The notes beneath the pieces are model-generated. The model ran no database searches, was not told where the DNA came from, and saw nothing but the letters and a program-made list of their open reading frames with translations. A stretch of DNA of 64,000 nt from positions 14,517 to 78,516 of the forward strand of contig JAAYJV010000113.1 in NCBI GenBank assembly GCA_012522755.1. The letters run 5' to 3'. The translations under genes were made by a program, and so were the position numbers. This DNA comes from Candidatus Hydrogenedens sp. Lineage in GTDB: Bacteria > Hydrogenedentota > Hydrogenedentia > Hydrogenedentales > CAITNO01. Position 1 is the stretch's first letter. Each line of letters begins with the position of its first letter. This document shows positions 8,934 through 18,824 of this stretch, piece by piece.

Positions 8934-9938
8934 ATGAATTCCACCCTTCTGGCGCGGCTGCGCACAACATTACTCTTTAATAAAAAACAACGCATCCTTT
9001 GCTTTCGGCCATCCGATGAATCGGGCCTCTCCTGGCTTCGTGTGCGCCGCTACAATGTGGAGGGCCCGGAGCCTGACACAAACACAAAACTTATGCTTCA
9101 CAGTATCCGGCCTTATTATGATCTTGTGCTGATGGATCGTGATCCGGGAGAAGGCGCCGATCTGGAGAAGCAGAATGAGGATCTCCGTGAAGGGTTGGAG
9201 TATGTCCGTCCCGGGGGCCGCCTGCTTCTGGCGAGCAGCTTTCCCGAAGATGGGAATGCCGATTCTCTTAAAAGCATCACGCTGGATCTGGAGAGGAGCC
9301 TGGAAGGGCTTCCCGTGGCGGAGATCAAGCCCTCCAAGAAGCCTCCGATCAATGGATATGCTCTTCACCTGATCCACAAAAGCGGCGTTTACAAGCCCCA
9401 GCTGCCTGTCCATTATGTGGATGATATGGAGGCATACCGTCGTACCTGTGAGGAGCTTCAAGAGGAAGAAATGCTGGGTCTGGATATAGAAACCACGTTG
9501 AATGAACCCCGTGTTCTCTGTACGGTTCAATTGGCCTCCACAGCCAATGTCTATATTTTTGACACCATCAAAATCGAAGATCTGGAGCCTCTCAAAGGGC
9601 TCATGGAGAATGAGAAGATCCTGAAGATCATCCATAACCGGGATTTTGAAAAACTCGTTCTGGGTCAGCATGGCATTGCCATCAACAATATTTATGACAC
9701 GCTGGTTCATGCACGCAAACATTACAAGCGTAATGAAGTGGGGAGTTACAGGCTGGACGATGTATGTGTGCGGGCGTTGAACATTTATCTGGATAAATAT
9801 TATCAGGTCTCTGACTGGACACGCCGCCCTTTGTTGCCCGAACAGATTGATTATGCCGCTGCTGATGCGGAGGTCATGATCCGGCTGCATGCCCATTTTG
9901 AACCTCCAGCTCCTCCGGAGAATCTGGAACTTTTTTGA
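8934..9938 (+). CDS. 3'-5' exonuclease (RNase D-like DEDDy) domain protein with an N-terminal methyltransferase-like region
   Basis: The C-terminal half carries the exonuclease motifs LGLDIETT (exo I), an H...D region and YAAADAEV (exo III). The N-terminal ~170 aa contains VLMDRDPGEG...YVRPGGRLLLAS, reminiscent of a degenerate class I methyltransferase. Confidence 0.6.
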   Translation: MNSTLLARLRTTLLFNKKQRILCFRPSDESGLSWLRVRRYNVEGPEPDTNTKLMLHSIRPYYDLVLMDRDPGEGADLEKQNEDLREGLEYVRPGGRLLLASSFPEDGNADSLKSITLDLERSLEGLPVAEIKPSKKPPINGYALHLIHKSGVYKPQLPVHYVDDMEAYRRTCEELQEEEMLGLDIETTLNEPRVLCTVQLASTANVYIFDTIKIEDLEPLKGLMENEKILKIIHNRDFEKLVLGQHGIAINNIYDTLVHARKHYKRNEVGSYRLDDVCVRALNIYLDKYYQVSDWTRRPLLPEQIDYAAADAEVMIRLHAHFEPPAPPENLELF

Positions 9939-9958
9939 TCCTGAGGCCGCCGGGCGGA

Positions 9959-10876
9959 TTACTGCTCCCTGATGCGGGGATCAAGCACAGCCAGGGCAAT
10001 GTCTGACAACAGGTTCAGGCTCATTACCAAAAGGGCATAGACCAGTACGGCACCGCTGATCATGGTGTAATCTCTGTTGAAGGCGGACTCCACGAATTCA
10101 CGACCGAGACCGGGCACCACAAAAATAGTCTCCACCACAAAAGAACCTGTCAGCAGTCCCGCCACAGCCGGCCCCAGAAAAGCGACAACGGGTTGTATTC
10201 CCGATCGCAAGCCGTGACGCAGAATAACACGGCTTTCTTTCATGCCCTTTGCGCGGGCTGTGCGGATGAAATCCTGAACGAGCGTCTCCAGCATGCCCCC
10301 CCGGGCCATACGGGCGATGTAGGCCGCATAGCCGGCACCCAGAGTGATGGAAGGGAGAATTTTATGGGCCGGAGATATCCAACCCATAACGGGCAACCAG
10401 TCTGTCCAGAGGGCGAAGACAAGCACCAGAACGGGTCCCAACACAAAAGCGGGGATGCAGATGCCCATCATGGCGATGGTCATGACCGAGTGATCCAGCA
10501 GAGAATTGGGCTTGAATGAGGCGAGAATTCCGGCACTCAGTCCCAGTCCCAGAGCAAAGAGAAGTCCATAAAGTCCCAGCTCAATGGATACGGGCAACCG
10601 GAGCAAAAGCCACTGTCCAACGGTGCGTGCCGGTTTTTTATAGGACGGCCCGAAGTCCAGACGTACAAGCCCTTTCAAATATTGAAAATATTGCCGGTGC
10701 AAAGGCTTGTCCATGTCGTAATGGGCTTCCAACTGTGCCAATACCTCCGGCGAAACACGTTTTTCCGTGTCAAAGGGGCCTCCCGGAGCCAGGCGCACCA
10801 GAAAGAAGGTGAGAGTGACAATGGCCAGGAGGACAGGAATGAATTCCGCAAGCCGTTTTAAAATAAAGATACCCAT
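9959..10876 (-). CDS. ABC transporter permease (OppB/DppB family)
   Basis: MGIFILKRLAEFIPVLLAIVTLTFFLVRLAPGGPF...: classic Opp/Dpp permease N-terminus with six TM segments. The start is taken at MGIF, and the stop lies 4 nt from the substrate-binding gene upstream. Confidence 0.85.
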   Translation of the reverse strand: MGIFILKRLAEFIPVLLAIVTLTFFLVRLAPGGPFDTEKRVSPEVLAQLEAHYDMDKPLHRQYFQYLKGLVRLDFGPSYKKPARTVGQWLLLRLPVSIELGLYGLLFALGLGLSAGILASFKPNSLLDHSVMTIAMMGICIPAFVLGPVLVLVFALWTDWLPVMGWISPAHKILPSITLGAGYAAYIARMARGGMLETLVQDFIRTARAKGMKESRVILRHGLRSGIQPVVAFLGPAVAGLLTGSFVVETIFVVPGLGREFVESAFNRDYTMISGAVLVYALLVMSLNLLSDIALAVLDPRIREQ

Positions 10877-10880
10877 GCTC

Positions 10881-12503
10881 TTATCCTTTCTCTTCGGCCA
10901 GGAAGAGATCTTTCCAGCGGATATAGCCCAGAATATTGGGGGCAATGCCCTGAAGCTCAGGTGCTTTGAGAAATTTCCAGGTATAAAAGTAAATGGGGAT
11001 CACAGGGCATTCCTCCAGCAACAGCTTTTCCGCCTCCTCCAGCAGCGCCAAGCGTTTCACTTCATCGGATGAAGTATAGGCCTCTTCCAACAGGCGATCA
11101 TAATCTTCTGAAGACCAGCCTGTCCTGTTGTTGCCCACGTCGCTTTGAAAGCATTCAAGGAAGTTGACAGGATCGGCCACGTCACCAATCCAGGCGGAAC
11201 GGGCAAGATCATAATCCAGTGTATTGAGGGCCGAGAGGTAGACTTTCCAGTCCTGATTCAAGAGGCGCACTTCCACACCGAGATTTTCCCGCCACATCCG
11301 TTGAATGGTTTCAGCCACAATGCGATGGGACTCACTGGTATTATAAAGAATATCAACTGTCGGAAAGCCCTTCCCCTGAGGATATCCCGCTGATGCGAGG
11401 AGCCTCCGGGCCTCTTCCACATCAAAGCTTAAAGGATAGGAACAGCTGTAGTCTCCGGCTCCGGGGGGCACATAACTGAAAGCGGCTGTCTCTCCTCCTT
11501 TCAAAACATTGGTCACGAGCTCTTCCCGATCCAAAGAGAGGGCAAAAGCTTTTCTGACGGCCTGCTGATCAAAAGGCGGACGGGTCACATTGATACGGTA
11601 AAAGTAACTCCCGTAATAGGGAAGAAGATTGAGGACTGCAGGATTTTTTTTGCGGTAACCTTCAACACGCTGCAAGGGGATCGTGGAAGTCAGTTGGATC
11701 AATCCTGAACGGAAGGCCCGATCCTCCGTCTGAAGGTTGTCAATGGGATGATAATCAATGCCGGAGAGCTGTACGGATGCCGCATCCCAGTAGCGCGGAT
11801 TCTTACGCACACTTAAAAGCTCATTGGGCAACCAGGAATGGAGCAGGAAAGGACCATTGCTGACCATTTCACCGGGGCGGGTCCATTGCGTTCCCCGTTC
11901 ATCCATTCTTCCATGTTTTTCAATGGTTGCCCGGTGAACAGGGTACCAGGCGAAATGATTTTGCATGGCGAGAAAATAAGGGGTCGGACGTTCCAGAGTG
12001 ACGGCCAAAGTCAAGTCATCTTCGGCTTTCACACCGACTGCTGAAAAATCGCTGATCCGGCCCTCGTTGAAGTCCCGTCCATTCTCAAGACAATAGAGCA
12101 TGTAGGCATATTCTGAGGCCAAGGCGGGGGAGAGGATGCGCTTCCAGGCATAAACAAAATCCCGGGCTGTCACGGGATCGCCATTGGACCATTGCGCCGA
12201 TTCACGCAGGATAAAGCGATAAAACAAACCATCGGGACTCACTTCCCAAGCTTTGGCCGCAGCCGGTAAAGGCTCCAAAGTAGTGGAATCACAGTCTGTA
12301 AGTCCTTCAAAAAGAGCGGATAAAACACGGTGCTCCGTCACACCGGAAACAATATGCGGATCCAGTTCCTGCACTTCGGCGCCATTGCCGATCTGCAGGA
12401 CATTGGCTTCCCGCGCAAGATTTGAAAAGCAGCCGCAAAGAAGTGATACAACCAGGATAGATGCGATTCTCAGCGGATATTGCCAGGATTTTATCTGATT
12501 CAT
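10881..12503 (-). CDS. ABC transporter substrate-binding protein, family 5 (peptide/nickel, OppA-like)
   Basis: Signal peptide and lipobox (LLCGCFS), then SBP_bac_5-type sequence (LQIGNGAEVQELDPHIVSG...). It forms an operon with the downstream permease. Confidence 0.85.
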   Translation of the reverse strand: MNQIKSWQYPLRIASILVVSLLCGCFSNLAREANVLQIGNGAEVQELDPHIVSGVTEHRVLSALFEGLTDCDSTTLEPLPAAAKAWEVSPDGLFYRFILRESAQWSNGDPVTARDFVYAWKRILSPALASEYAYMLYCLENGRDFNEGRISDFSAVGVKAEDDLTLAVTLERPTPYFLAMQNHFAWYPVHRATIEKHGRMDERGTQWTRPGEMVSNGPFLLHSWLPNELLSVRKNPRYWDAASVQLSGIDYHPIDNLQTEDRAFRSGLIQLTSTIPLQRVEGYRKKNPAVLNLLPYYGSYFYRINVTRPPFDQQAVRKAFALSLDREELVTNVLKGGETAAFSYVPPGAGDYSCSYPLSFDVEEARRLLASAGYPQGKGFPTVDILYNTSESHRIVAETIQRMWRENLGVEVRLLNQDWKVYLSALNTLDYDLARSAWIGDVADPVNFLECFQSDVGNNRTGWSSEDYDRLLEEAYTSSDEVKRLALLEEAEKLLLEECPVIPIYFYTWKFLKAPELQGIAPNILGYIRWKDLFLAEEKG

Positions 12504-12572
12504 GAAGACAATCATAACACCATGACATCTTGTCAAAGAAAAAGGCGATGGAACATAGAAAGATTATATTCC

Positions 12573-12611
12573 ATCGCCTGAAGTATTCTACAGAAACTTC
12601 AACAAGGGACA
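12573..12611 (-). terminator. Rho-independent terminator downstream of the DUF1559 gene
   Basis: A 10-bp stem GGCGATGGAA/TTCCATCGCC is followed on the minus strand by TTTTTCTTT. Confidence 0.55.
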
Positions 12612-12613
12612 AC

Positions 12614-13564
12614 TCAGGGGAGCTGTACTCCGGTAAGATCAGAAGCCTCGTGGAAGATTATGCCACCCGCATTCATGGGGAAATCGCCGCCTACAGGCAG
12701 ATCAAGACCGTTGGCGGGGCAATTCCAGCTGCCAGCCGGGCCTTGCGATCCGGGCCAGCGCATAAATTCGACATGACCGTCCATGAAAAGCACATTGGAG
12801 CCGCCGGGCACATGGTTGAAGTGCGAGGGTTTGTCGCAAATCACATCCCACATGATGGCCACTGTGGACTGTGCCTGGGCGGAGGCGGCCGGATTGTTGA
12901 TATCGGTGATCAGGAAGCGTTCAATACCTTCACGAAGCCGGTAAATGGTGTCGCCCTCACCGATCCCGGAACCGGGCACAACAACGGGCCAGTCTTTATC
13001 GGCGGCCTGGTCATTGGCTGTAATGCGCGCAATGATACCGTCGGAAGGATCGAAGATATTCTCCCAGAGAGCATCACATTGGGCCTGTGTACCGGTCATG
13101 CCGGAGGTGAAGACGAAACCCGTATAGGTATAGGGGAAATCGCCCACTTCACAGGGCTGAACAATACCATCATTTGAACCAGCCCAGGGACGGTGCCAGG
13201 TGCTGACCGTCTCGCCGCGATCCCAACGAAGTTCGGGCGTGGAACCACCGGTGGAGGCACTGGGGCAGATCAACACGGCAAAATCACTGAGATATTCGGG
13301 ATAAAGCGTGTACATATCAGCCATCTGTTCCATGGCACGCAGGGAGCCGTCACAACCTCGGGTCTTGATGGGAGGGTAGCTTTCAGAACGGTTTTCACCG
13401 GAATACATTTTATAAACAATACCCATCTGTTTGAGATTGTTCTGGCAACTGGAACGTCTTGCCGCTTCTCTGGCCCGGGAAAGGGCCGGGAGCAAAATAG
13501 CAGCCAATATGCCGATTATGGCAATTACAACAAGCAATTCAATTAATGTAAAACCTTTTTTCAT
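12614..13564 (-). CDS. Prepilin-type N-terminal cleavage/methylation domain protein (DUF1559 family)
   Basis: [33 protein letters not shown] is the canonical type IV pilin-like leader, followed by a DUF1559-like region (…[10 protein letters not shown]…) typical of Planctomycetes and Verrucomicrobia. Confidence 0.8.
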   Translation of the reverse strand: MKKGFTLIELLVVIAIIGILAAILLPALSRAREAARRSSCQNNLKQMGIVYKMYSGENRSESYPPIKTRGCDGSLRAMEQMADMYTLYPEYLSDFAVLICPSASTGGSTPELRWDRGETVSTWHRPWAGSNDGIVQPCEVGDFPYTYTGFVFTSGMTGTQAQCDALWENIFDPSDGIIARITANDQAADKDWPVVVPGSGIGEGDTIYRLREGIERFLITDINNPAASAQAQSTVAIMWDVICDKPSHFNHVPGGSNVLFMDGHVEFMRWPGSQGPAGSWNCPANGLDLPVGGDFPMNAGGIIFHEASDLTGVQLP

Positions 13565-13722
13565 GAAACGACTCCTTTGTATATTCATATAAATACCATT
13601 TGCTCAATAAAATAAAAGATAAAAAAATACACTTGTTTTGATACTCTGAGATCGGTAATACAATTCTACCGAGGAAAAAAGACCATGTTGTCAAAAAGAA
13701 AGAACTGTGCTGCTGAAAGAGA

Positions 13723-14049
13723 TCAGAGAAAGGGGGGAGCACGGGGGTCAAACAGTCCGCTGAAAGAAAAGAATTGCGGAATGGCTTCGTCCCAGATGAG
13801 TCGAAAACGTACAGGCTGTCTGAAAAGAAAGAAGGGCAGGAAAAAGACCGCCAATGCCAGAGTGAACATGATCTGGCAGAAAGGGCAGACACCGGCGTTC
13901 TGGAAAGGATCGTCGCTTTCAAACTCCATTTGGAGGAAGGGGATGAGTTCGTGGGTCTCCACAACGGCAAAGAAAGCGAGAACCACCACCGTTGTCCAAA
14001 AGAAAAGGGGTGTGGACTTTCTTGTTATTGACCGCAATGGAAGTCGCAT
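13723..14049 (-). CDS. Hypothetical small membrane protein with a CPFC motif
   Basis: Two strongly hydrophobic helices with CPFCQ between them. The alternative plus-strand ORF is extremely basic and low-complexity. No homology was recognised. Confidence 0.3.
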   Translation of the reverse strand: MRLPLRSITRKSTPLFFWTTVVVLAFFAVVETHELIPFLQMEFESDDPFQNAGVCPFCQIMFTLALAVFFLPFFLFRQPVRFRLIWDEAIPQFFSFSGLFDPRAPPFL

Positions 14050-14243
14050 GCTATAACCCTGTCTGAGGGATGGAGAGAGGCTGGGGATCATCAGTCCCCG
14101 GATCCCTGGTTCCGTATTTGGTAAGTGCACCAAACTGAAGTCCTATACATATAACAAAGGCGGCCACGCTTTTGCAAATTATTTTGGAAATCGGGAATAA
14201 AATGAGAGGCTCATGCCACAAGTTGATGAGGCGGAAAAAGTAC

Positions 14244-15719
14244 TTAATCAGCACTGTCTTTGAGCGGAGAGGCTGTATTCCATCCTTCGTCAATCACATC
14301 CAGATAAACCGGCAAAATACAATTCTGGCAGGAAGGGTTGTGTTCGCACCAGTCTGTATTCAGTTGCAAAAGCCCTTGCTGTCTTCGGAAGTTCAGTTTG
14401 AGTTTTATGCCTGGCGGCACAATCCATTGCTGCATTGTGCGATAAATTCTATTATTCGGCTCGGCGGGCATGGCTGAAAAGAATTGATGGACCCGGTTTT
14501 CCAGAACGGGATCATGGCCTTTACGGTGAGCTATTGTAAGCCCTGCCGGGATGAGGATGTTGCCCAGAATGGAACGCGCTCTCCCCTCACCGATGAGCGC
14601 TTGTGTGCGGGGGAGTTTTTTCCCATCCCAGGTAAAGTGATAATCCCAAAAACCCAGCCCTTTTTTGAAAAGAGACTTGAAGAAATCCCGTCGCTCAACA
14701 ACGGTAAGTTCCTGTTTCCACATTCGATAGAGACTGTTTTCCAGACCGTATTTTGCCACAGCCGTCATGAATCGCGCCATACCGATGAGCCGTCTTTCGG
14801 GTCTGTTCGCCGGACGGACAGCCTGTTTTTTCCATTCTATATTGAGACTGTCCAGAGGATGGAGGTATTTTTCATAGGCTTTCATCAGATTTTCATAATA
14901 GGGCGGCGGCGTCATGTTTTCGAAAGGCCATTCCAGAGGCAAAAAGCCCGCAAGACGCAAATAAGTCGCCTCCAGTGCCAGAGGATCTTCCCGGCACAGT
15001 TGCCAGGCCCGTTCATAGGGCAATACGCGCCCCAGCATGGTGAATTCTTTTTTAAAGGCACTGTAGCCACAGGCTTCCAAGACACTTTCATAGAGTGCCT
15101 GGTTGAACCCCACTTCATCCACCCTTTCACGAAGTCGCCGTTCTTTTTCACGGATACGCCAGTCTCCGGCAATGTCCAGAAAGTGTTCCAGCAGCTGCGG
15201 ATTCTTGAAGGCCTGTGACCGGGCGCATTCTCCACATCGTTGCTGCCAGTCTGAAGGCGCATTGCCGCTGAAAGAGTCGGAAATCTCGGGAAAAATCCAG
15301 GTGGCTATCCGGTCGCCTGAAGCCTTGGTCGCCCTGCTGTCATCGTTTTTTTCCACAGCGTGGAGAATCACATTGTTGTAACCGGGATCTTCATGATGAC
15401 CATGGTGATACCAGTCCCGACCGCGCCGGTGAATCTCCACATCTCCGGTAACCAGCGTTCCATTGAATTCTATCTGTGCATTGATAAAGTCCGGGCCCTT
15501 CAGTTTATTCCACCAACCGGGAGAAATGACCCGTATTCTGTGTCCTTCCAGTGTACGCTGCTCTTCAGGCCAGCTCATCTGCATCCAGCAGGCCTGAAGT
15601 TCCAGTTCAGGCCGTTCCTGCAAAAAGTGCTCTTCCCGGGCCCGTTGCCTGCATTCACCGTAAAGAGTTGAAAATCCGGCCATTGATTTATTGGGTAGAG
15701 TATCTGATTTCTGCTTCAT
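14244..15719 (-). CDS. DUF2851 family protein
   Basis: N-terminal pattern …LQACWMQMSW…GHRIRVISPGWWNKLKGPDFINAQIEFNGTLVTGDVEIHRRGRDWYHHGHHEDPGYNNVILHAV matches the conserved DUF2851 N-terminus. Confidence 0.7.
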   Translation of the reverse strand: MKQKSDTLPNKSMAGFSTLYGECRQRAREEHFLQERPELELQACWMQMSWPEEQRTLEGHRIRVISPGWWNKLKGPDFINAQIEFNGTLVTGDVEIHRRGRDWYHHGHHEDPGYNNVILHAVEKNDDSRATKASGDRIATWIFPEISDSFSGNAPSDWQQRCGECARSQAFKNPQLLEHFLDIAGDWRIREKERRLRERVDEVGFNQALYESVLEACGYSAFKKEFTMLGRVLPYERAWQLCREDPLALEATYLRLAGFLPLEWPFENMTPPPYYENLMKAYEKYLHPLDSLNIEWKKQAVRPANRPERRLIGMARFMTAVAKYGLENSLYRMWKQELTVVERRDFFKSLFKKGLGFWDYHFTWDGKKLPRTQALIGEGRARSILGNILIPAGLTIAHRKGHDPVLENRVHQFFSAMPAEPNNRIYRTMQQWIVPPGIKLKLNFRRQQGLLQLNTDWCEHNPSCQNCILPVYLDVIDEGWNTASPLKDSAD

Positions 15720-15806
15720 TATTCATCCACAGTTGCAACGCCAGTCCATAATGCATATACAATAGCATGAACTCAGTTGTCAACAAAAAACAAAGGAGCT
15801 TTGAAG

Positions 15807-16787
15807 GTGAACTATACTTATTTCGGTAAAACAGGATTGGAAGTTTCAAAAATATGTCTCGGCACCATGACCTTCGGCAATGAAGCCGATGAGGCCATGT
15901 CCTTCGCTCTGATGGATCATGCCGCCTCTTTGGGGATCAATTTTTTTGATTGCGCCCACAACTACAACAAAGGCCTTACGGAAGAAATTGTGGGCCGCTG
16001 GCTGAAGCCCCATCGCAATGAATATATTATTGCAACAAAAGTGTATTTCCCCTACGGCGGAGGACGCAATGATCAGGGGCTGTCACGACGGAATATCATC
16101 GCTTCGCTGGAACGCTCTCTGAAACGTTTACAGACAGAATATGTGGACATCCTCTATCTGCATCACTGGGATGAGAACTGTTGCCTGGAGTCGTCACTGA
16201 GTGCTGTCAATACCCTGATGGAAGCGGGGAAAGTCCACTATCTGGGCATTTCCAATTTTGCGGCCTGGCAGATCGCCACAGCACAGGGTATCTGTTCCCG
16301 AAAAGGCTATGAACCGGTCAGCTGTATTCAGCCCATGTACAGTCTGGTGAAACGGCAGGCGGAAGTGGAACTCCTTCCTCTGGCCGCTTATGAAGGAATG
16401 GCTGTATTCCCCTATAATGTGATCGGTGCCGGTCTGCTCACTGGAAAATACCTGGAAGGTAAGGAAGGACGTCTTACCGAAACGGAAATGTACAGACAGC
16501 GTTATGACAATCCTCAGTATGTGGAAGTGACACGCCGCTTTATTGACTATGCCTCAAAGCATGCTTATTCACCGGCTGCTCTGGCGGCGGCCTGGGTACT
16601 TGCCCATCCGACTGTTACAGCACCCATTATCGGAGCCCGGAATCTTGAACAGTTTCAGGATACGCTGGGTTGTCTTGATATCAACCTGAGCGGGGAAGAA
16701 AGAGATGCCCTGTCGGCCCTGTCTCCGGAACCTCCCCATGCTACAGATCGTGAACCTCTTGAAGCCATGAAAGCCCGAGGCTGGTAG
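15807..16787 (+). CDS. Aldo/keto reductase
   Basis: …YTYFGKTGLEVSKICLGTMTFG…: AKR. The likely GTG start at 15807 is preceded by AAAGGAG (15790-15796). The ORF-track start at 15777 is TTG. Confidence 0.85.
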   Translation: MNYTYFGKTGLEVSKICLGTMTFGNEADEAMSFALMDHAASLGINFFDCAHNYNKGLTEEIVGRWLKPHRNEYIIATKVYFPYGGGRNDQGLSRRNIIASLERSLKRLQTEYVDILYLHHWDENCCLESSLSAVNTLMEAGKVHYLGISNFAAWQIATAQGICSRKGYEPVSCIQPMYSLVKRQAEVELLPLAAYEGMAVFPYNVIGAGLLTGKYLEGKEGRLTETEMYRQRYDNPQYVEVTRRFIDYASKHAYSPAALAAAWVLAHPTVTAPIIGARNLEQFQDTLGCLDINLSGEERDALSALSPEPPHATDREPLEAMKARGW

Positions 16788-16813
16788 CAGCCCGCAAAAA
16801 AAAGGAAACTGGG

Positions 16814-17776
16814 ATGAATAATTTCAGAGAACAGGTCAGTGGCCTCATCGGTGCCATGGATGCGGTTATTCTGGATAAAACACCTGTCATCAAAACGGCT
16901 CTTGCCGCTGTTCTGGCCGGAGGACATGTCCTGCTGGAAGACGTGCCCGGTGTGGCGAAGACCATGCTTGCCCGCACGCTTGCCCTGGCCAGTGGCTGCA
17001 AGTTCTACCGAATCCAATGCACGCCAGACCTGTTGCCTTCCGATATTACGGGCGATTCCGTCTTCAATCCGAAGACCCAGGAATTCAACTTCCGCAAAGG
17101 TCCGGTCTTTTCGCAAATTCTCGTGGCTGATGAAATCAACAGAGCCACGCCCCGTACACAGGCTGCTTTGCTGGAAGCCATGGCGGAAGGACAGGTTACC
17201 ATTGATGGTCAGACCTATGTGCTTGAACAACCCTTCATTGTTTTCGCCACCCAGAACCCCGTGGAGCATGAAGGTACTTTTCCATTGCCTGAAGCACAGC
17301 TGGATCGCTTCATGATGCGCCTTTCACTGGGATATCCCGGTATTCTGGCTGAAGCGCAACTCTTGGAAAAGACTCGGGTCAACCATCCCATAGAGACGGT
17401 GGAACAGGTCTCGTCGCCGAAAATCCTGTTGAAGATGCAGGCCGCCATCAAAGACGTGCATGTTCATGAAAAACTGCGTCATTACATGCTCAGGCTCGTC
17501 AGCCGCACAAGAGACTGCACCCATCTGAGCCTGGGAGCCAGTCCCCGAGCATCCATGATGCTTTTCCGGGCCTGTCAGGCTTTTGCCGCCCTTCAGGGTC
17601 GCAATTATGTGCTTCCGGATGACGTCAAATATCTGGCCAGGCCTGTTCTGGAGCATCGCCTTCTGCTCAATCCCGAAAGTCGCCTGCGCCGGGTAACGAC
17701 AGAAGCCGTACTCAACGAACTTCTTCAGGAAATTCCTGTACCCAAAGAGGTCTCCCGTTCCGGGAACAATACATAG
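16814..17776 (+). CDS. MoxR-family AAA+ ATPase
   Basis: VLLEDVPGVAKT (Walker A-like), …VADEINRATPRTQAALLEAM… (Walker B and sensor), and the typical MoxR length of 320 aa. Confidence 0.85.
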   Translation: MNNFREQVSGLIGAMDAVILDKTPVIKTALAAVLAGGHVLLEDVPGVAKTMLARTLALASGCKFYRIQCTPDLLPSDITGDSVFNPKTQEFNFRKGPVFSQILVADEINRATPRTQAALLEAMAEGQVTIDGQTYVLEQPFIVFATQNPVEHEGTFPLPEAQLDRFMMRLSLGYPGILAEAQLLEKTRVNHPIETVEQVSSPKILLKMQAAIKDVHVHEKLRHYMLRLVSRTRDCTHLSLGASPRASMMLFRACQAFAALQGRNYVLPDDVKYLARPVLEHRLLLNPESRLRRVTTEAVLNELLQEIPVPKEVSRSGNNT

Positions 17777-17876
17777 TTATTGTGGTAGAATTGTGAATAC
17801 TTTTGATGATACACTATATATAGGTATTTCAACCTGTTCTTTATGTCTCTGAAAAGCAGCCGGAGGAACAATTATC

Positions 17877-18824
17877 ATGGGGATTATCACTAAATTAGGC
17901 ATAGGCAAAGCCAAAACCAGAAAAGCAGCCCATCAAGATGTGGAAGAAACTGGCAGTAATCAGGACTTTGAATTTGAACTTTCCCGTGTAGGCCCCTATC
18001 AAATTCAATCACCTATAGGCAGTGGGGGTATGGGTACGGTGTACAAAGCACTGGATCCAGCCCGCGACGTGACTGTGGCCATCAAAGTGCTCGATCGCCG
18101 TTATGACCTGGACAAGAAAAAAAGCAAACAAGACTATCTGGGTCGCGAAATTTTGATTGCCGCATCCCTCAATCACCCTGCAGTCATCAAGATGGATAAA
18201 GAAATCATTATCCAGGAAGACCACGAAGGCAATTTCCGGCGCTGTCTTGTGATGGAGTTTATTGACGGCTACAATCTCAAGCATTTTATCGATAATCGCA
18301 TCCTGTCCATTCAGGAAATGACGGATATGACCATCCGGCTGGCGGAAGGATTGGATTTCCTGCATCAGAACGGCGTGGTACACCGTGATATCAAACCGGC
18401 GAACTTTCTCATTTCCCGTGACAGAAGCCAGATCAAGATCTGTGACTTCGGTCTCTCCAAATCCAGTGCAACCTGGCGTACACGATGGCTTAAAGAAGGA
18501 GGCGGCACACGCCTTTACATGTCTCCGGAACAACTGAGAAAAAAGACTCTGGACGCCCGGTCTGATATTTTCTCCTTCGGTATTACGATTTATGAGCTCT
18601 TTACGGGCCGACATCCCTGCAATGGCAACACCCCCCGTGAAATTCAGAAACAACTGCTGAGCTCCAGATATAGAATTCCAGCTCCTTCCTCGGTGAATCC
18701 TGAAGTTCCCCAGAGGATGGATCGGGTAATTTTGAAAGCTTTACGACGCAAACTCGAAGCGCGCTACCAATCCTGTACGGAAATGCTGCTGGATATCACG
18801 CGTGTATCGGGCTCAAGGATCTGA
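17877..18824 (+). CDS. Serine/threonine protein kinase (kinase domain only)
   Basis: GSGGMGTVYKA (Gly-rich loop), AIKVL (VAIK), HRDIKPANFL (catalytic loop), DFGLS (DFG) and SPEQ (APE-like). There is no transmembrane or extracellular region. Confidence 0.85.
   Translation: MGIITKLGIGKAKTRKAAHQDVEETGSNQDFEFELSRVGPYQIQSPIGSGGMGTVYKALDPARDVTVAIKVLDRRYDLDKKKSKQDYLGREILIAASLNHPAVIKMDKEIIIQEDHEGNFRRCLVMEFIDGYNLKHFIDNRILSIQEMTDMTIRLAEGLDFLHQNGVVHRDIKPANFLISRDRSQIKICDFGLSKSSATWRTRWLKEGGGTRLYMSPEQLRKKTLDARSDIFSFGITIYELFTGRHPCNGNTPREIQKQLLSSRYRIPAPSSVNPEVPQRMDRVILKALRRKLEARYQSCTEMLLDITRVSGSRI

Noticed and set aside
13685-14056. 123-aa plus-strand ORF, extremely Lys/Arg-rich
   Set aside because: It is a low-complexity basic translation antisense to a more plausible small membrane-protein ORF. 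No RBS or homology was found.
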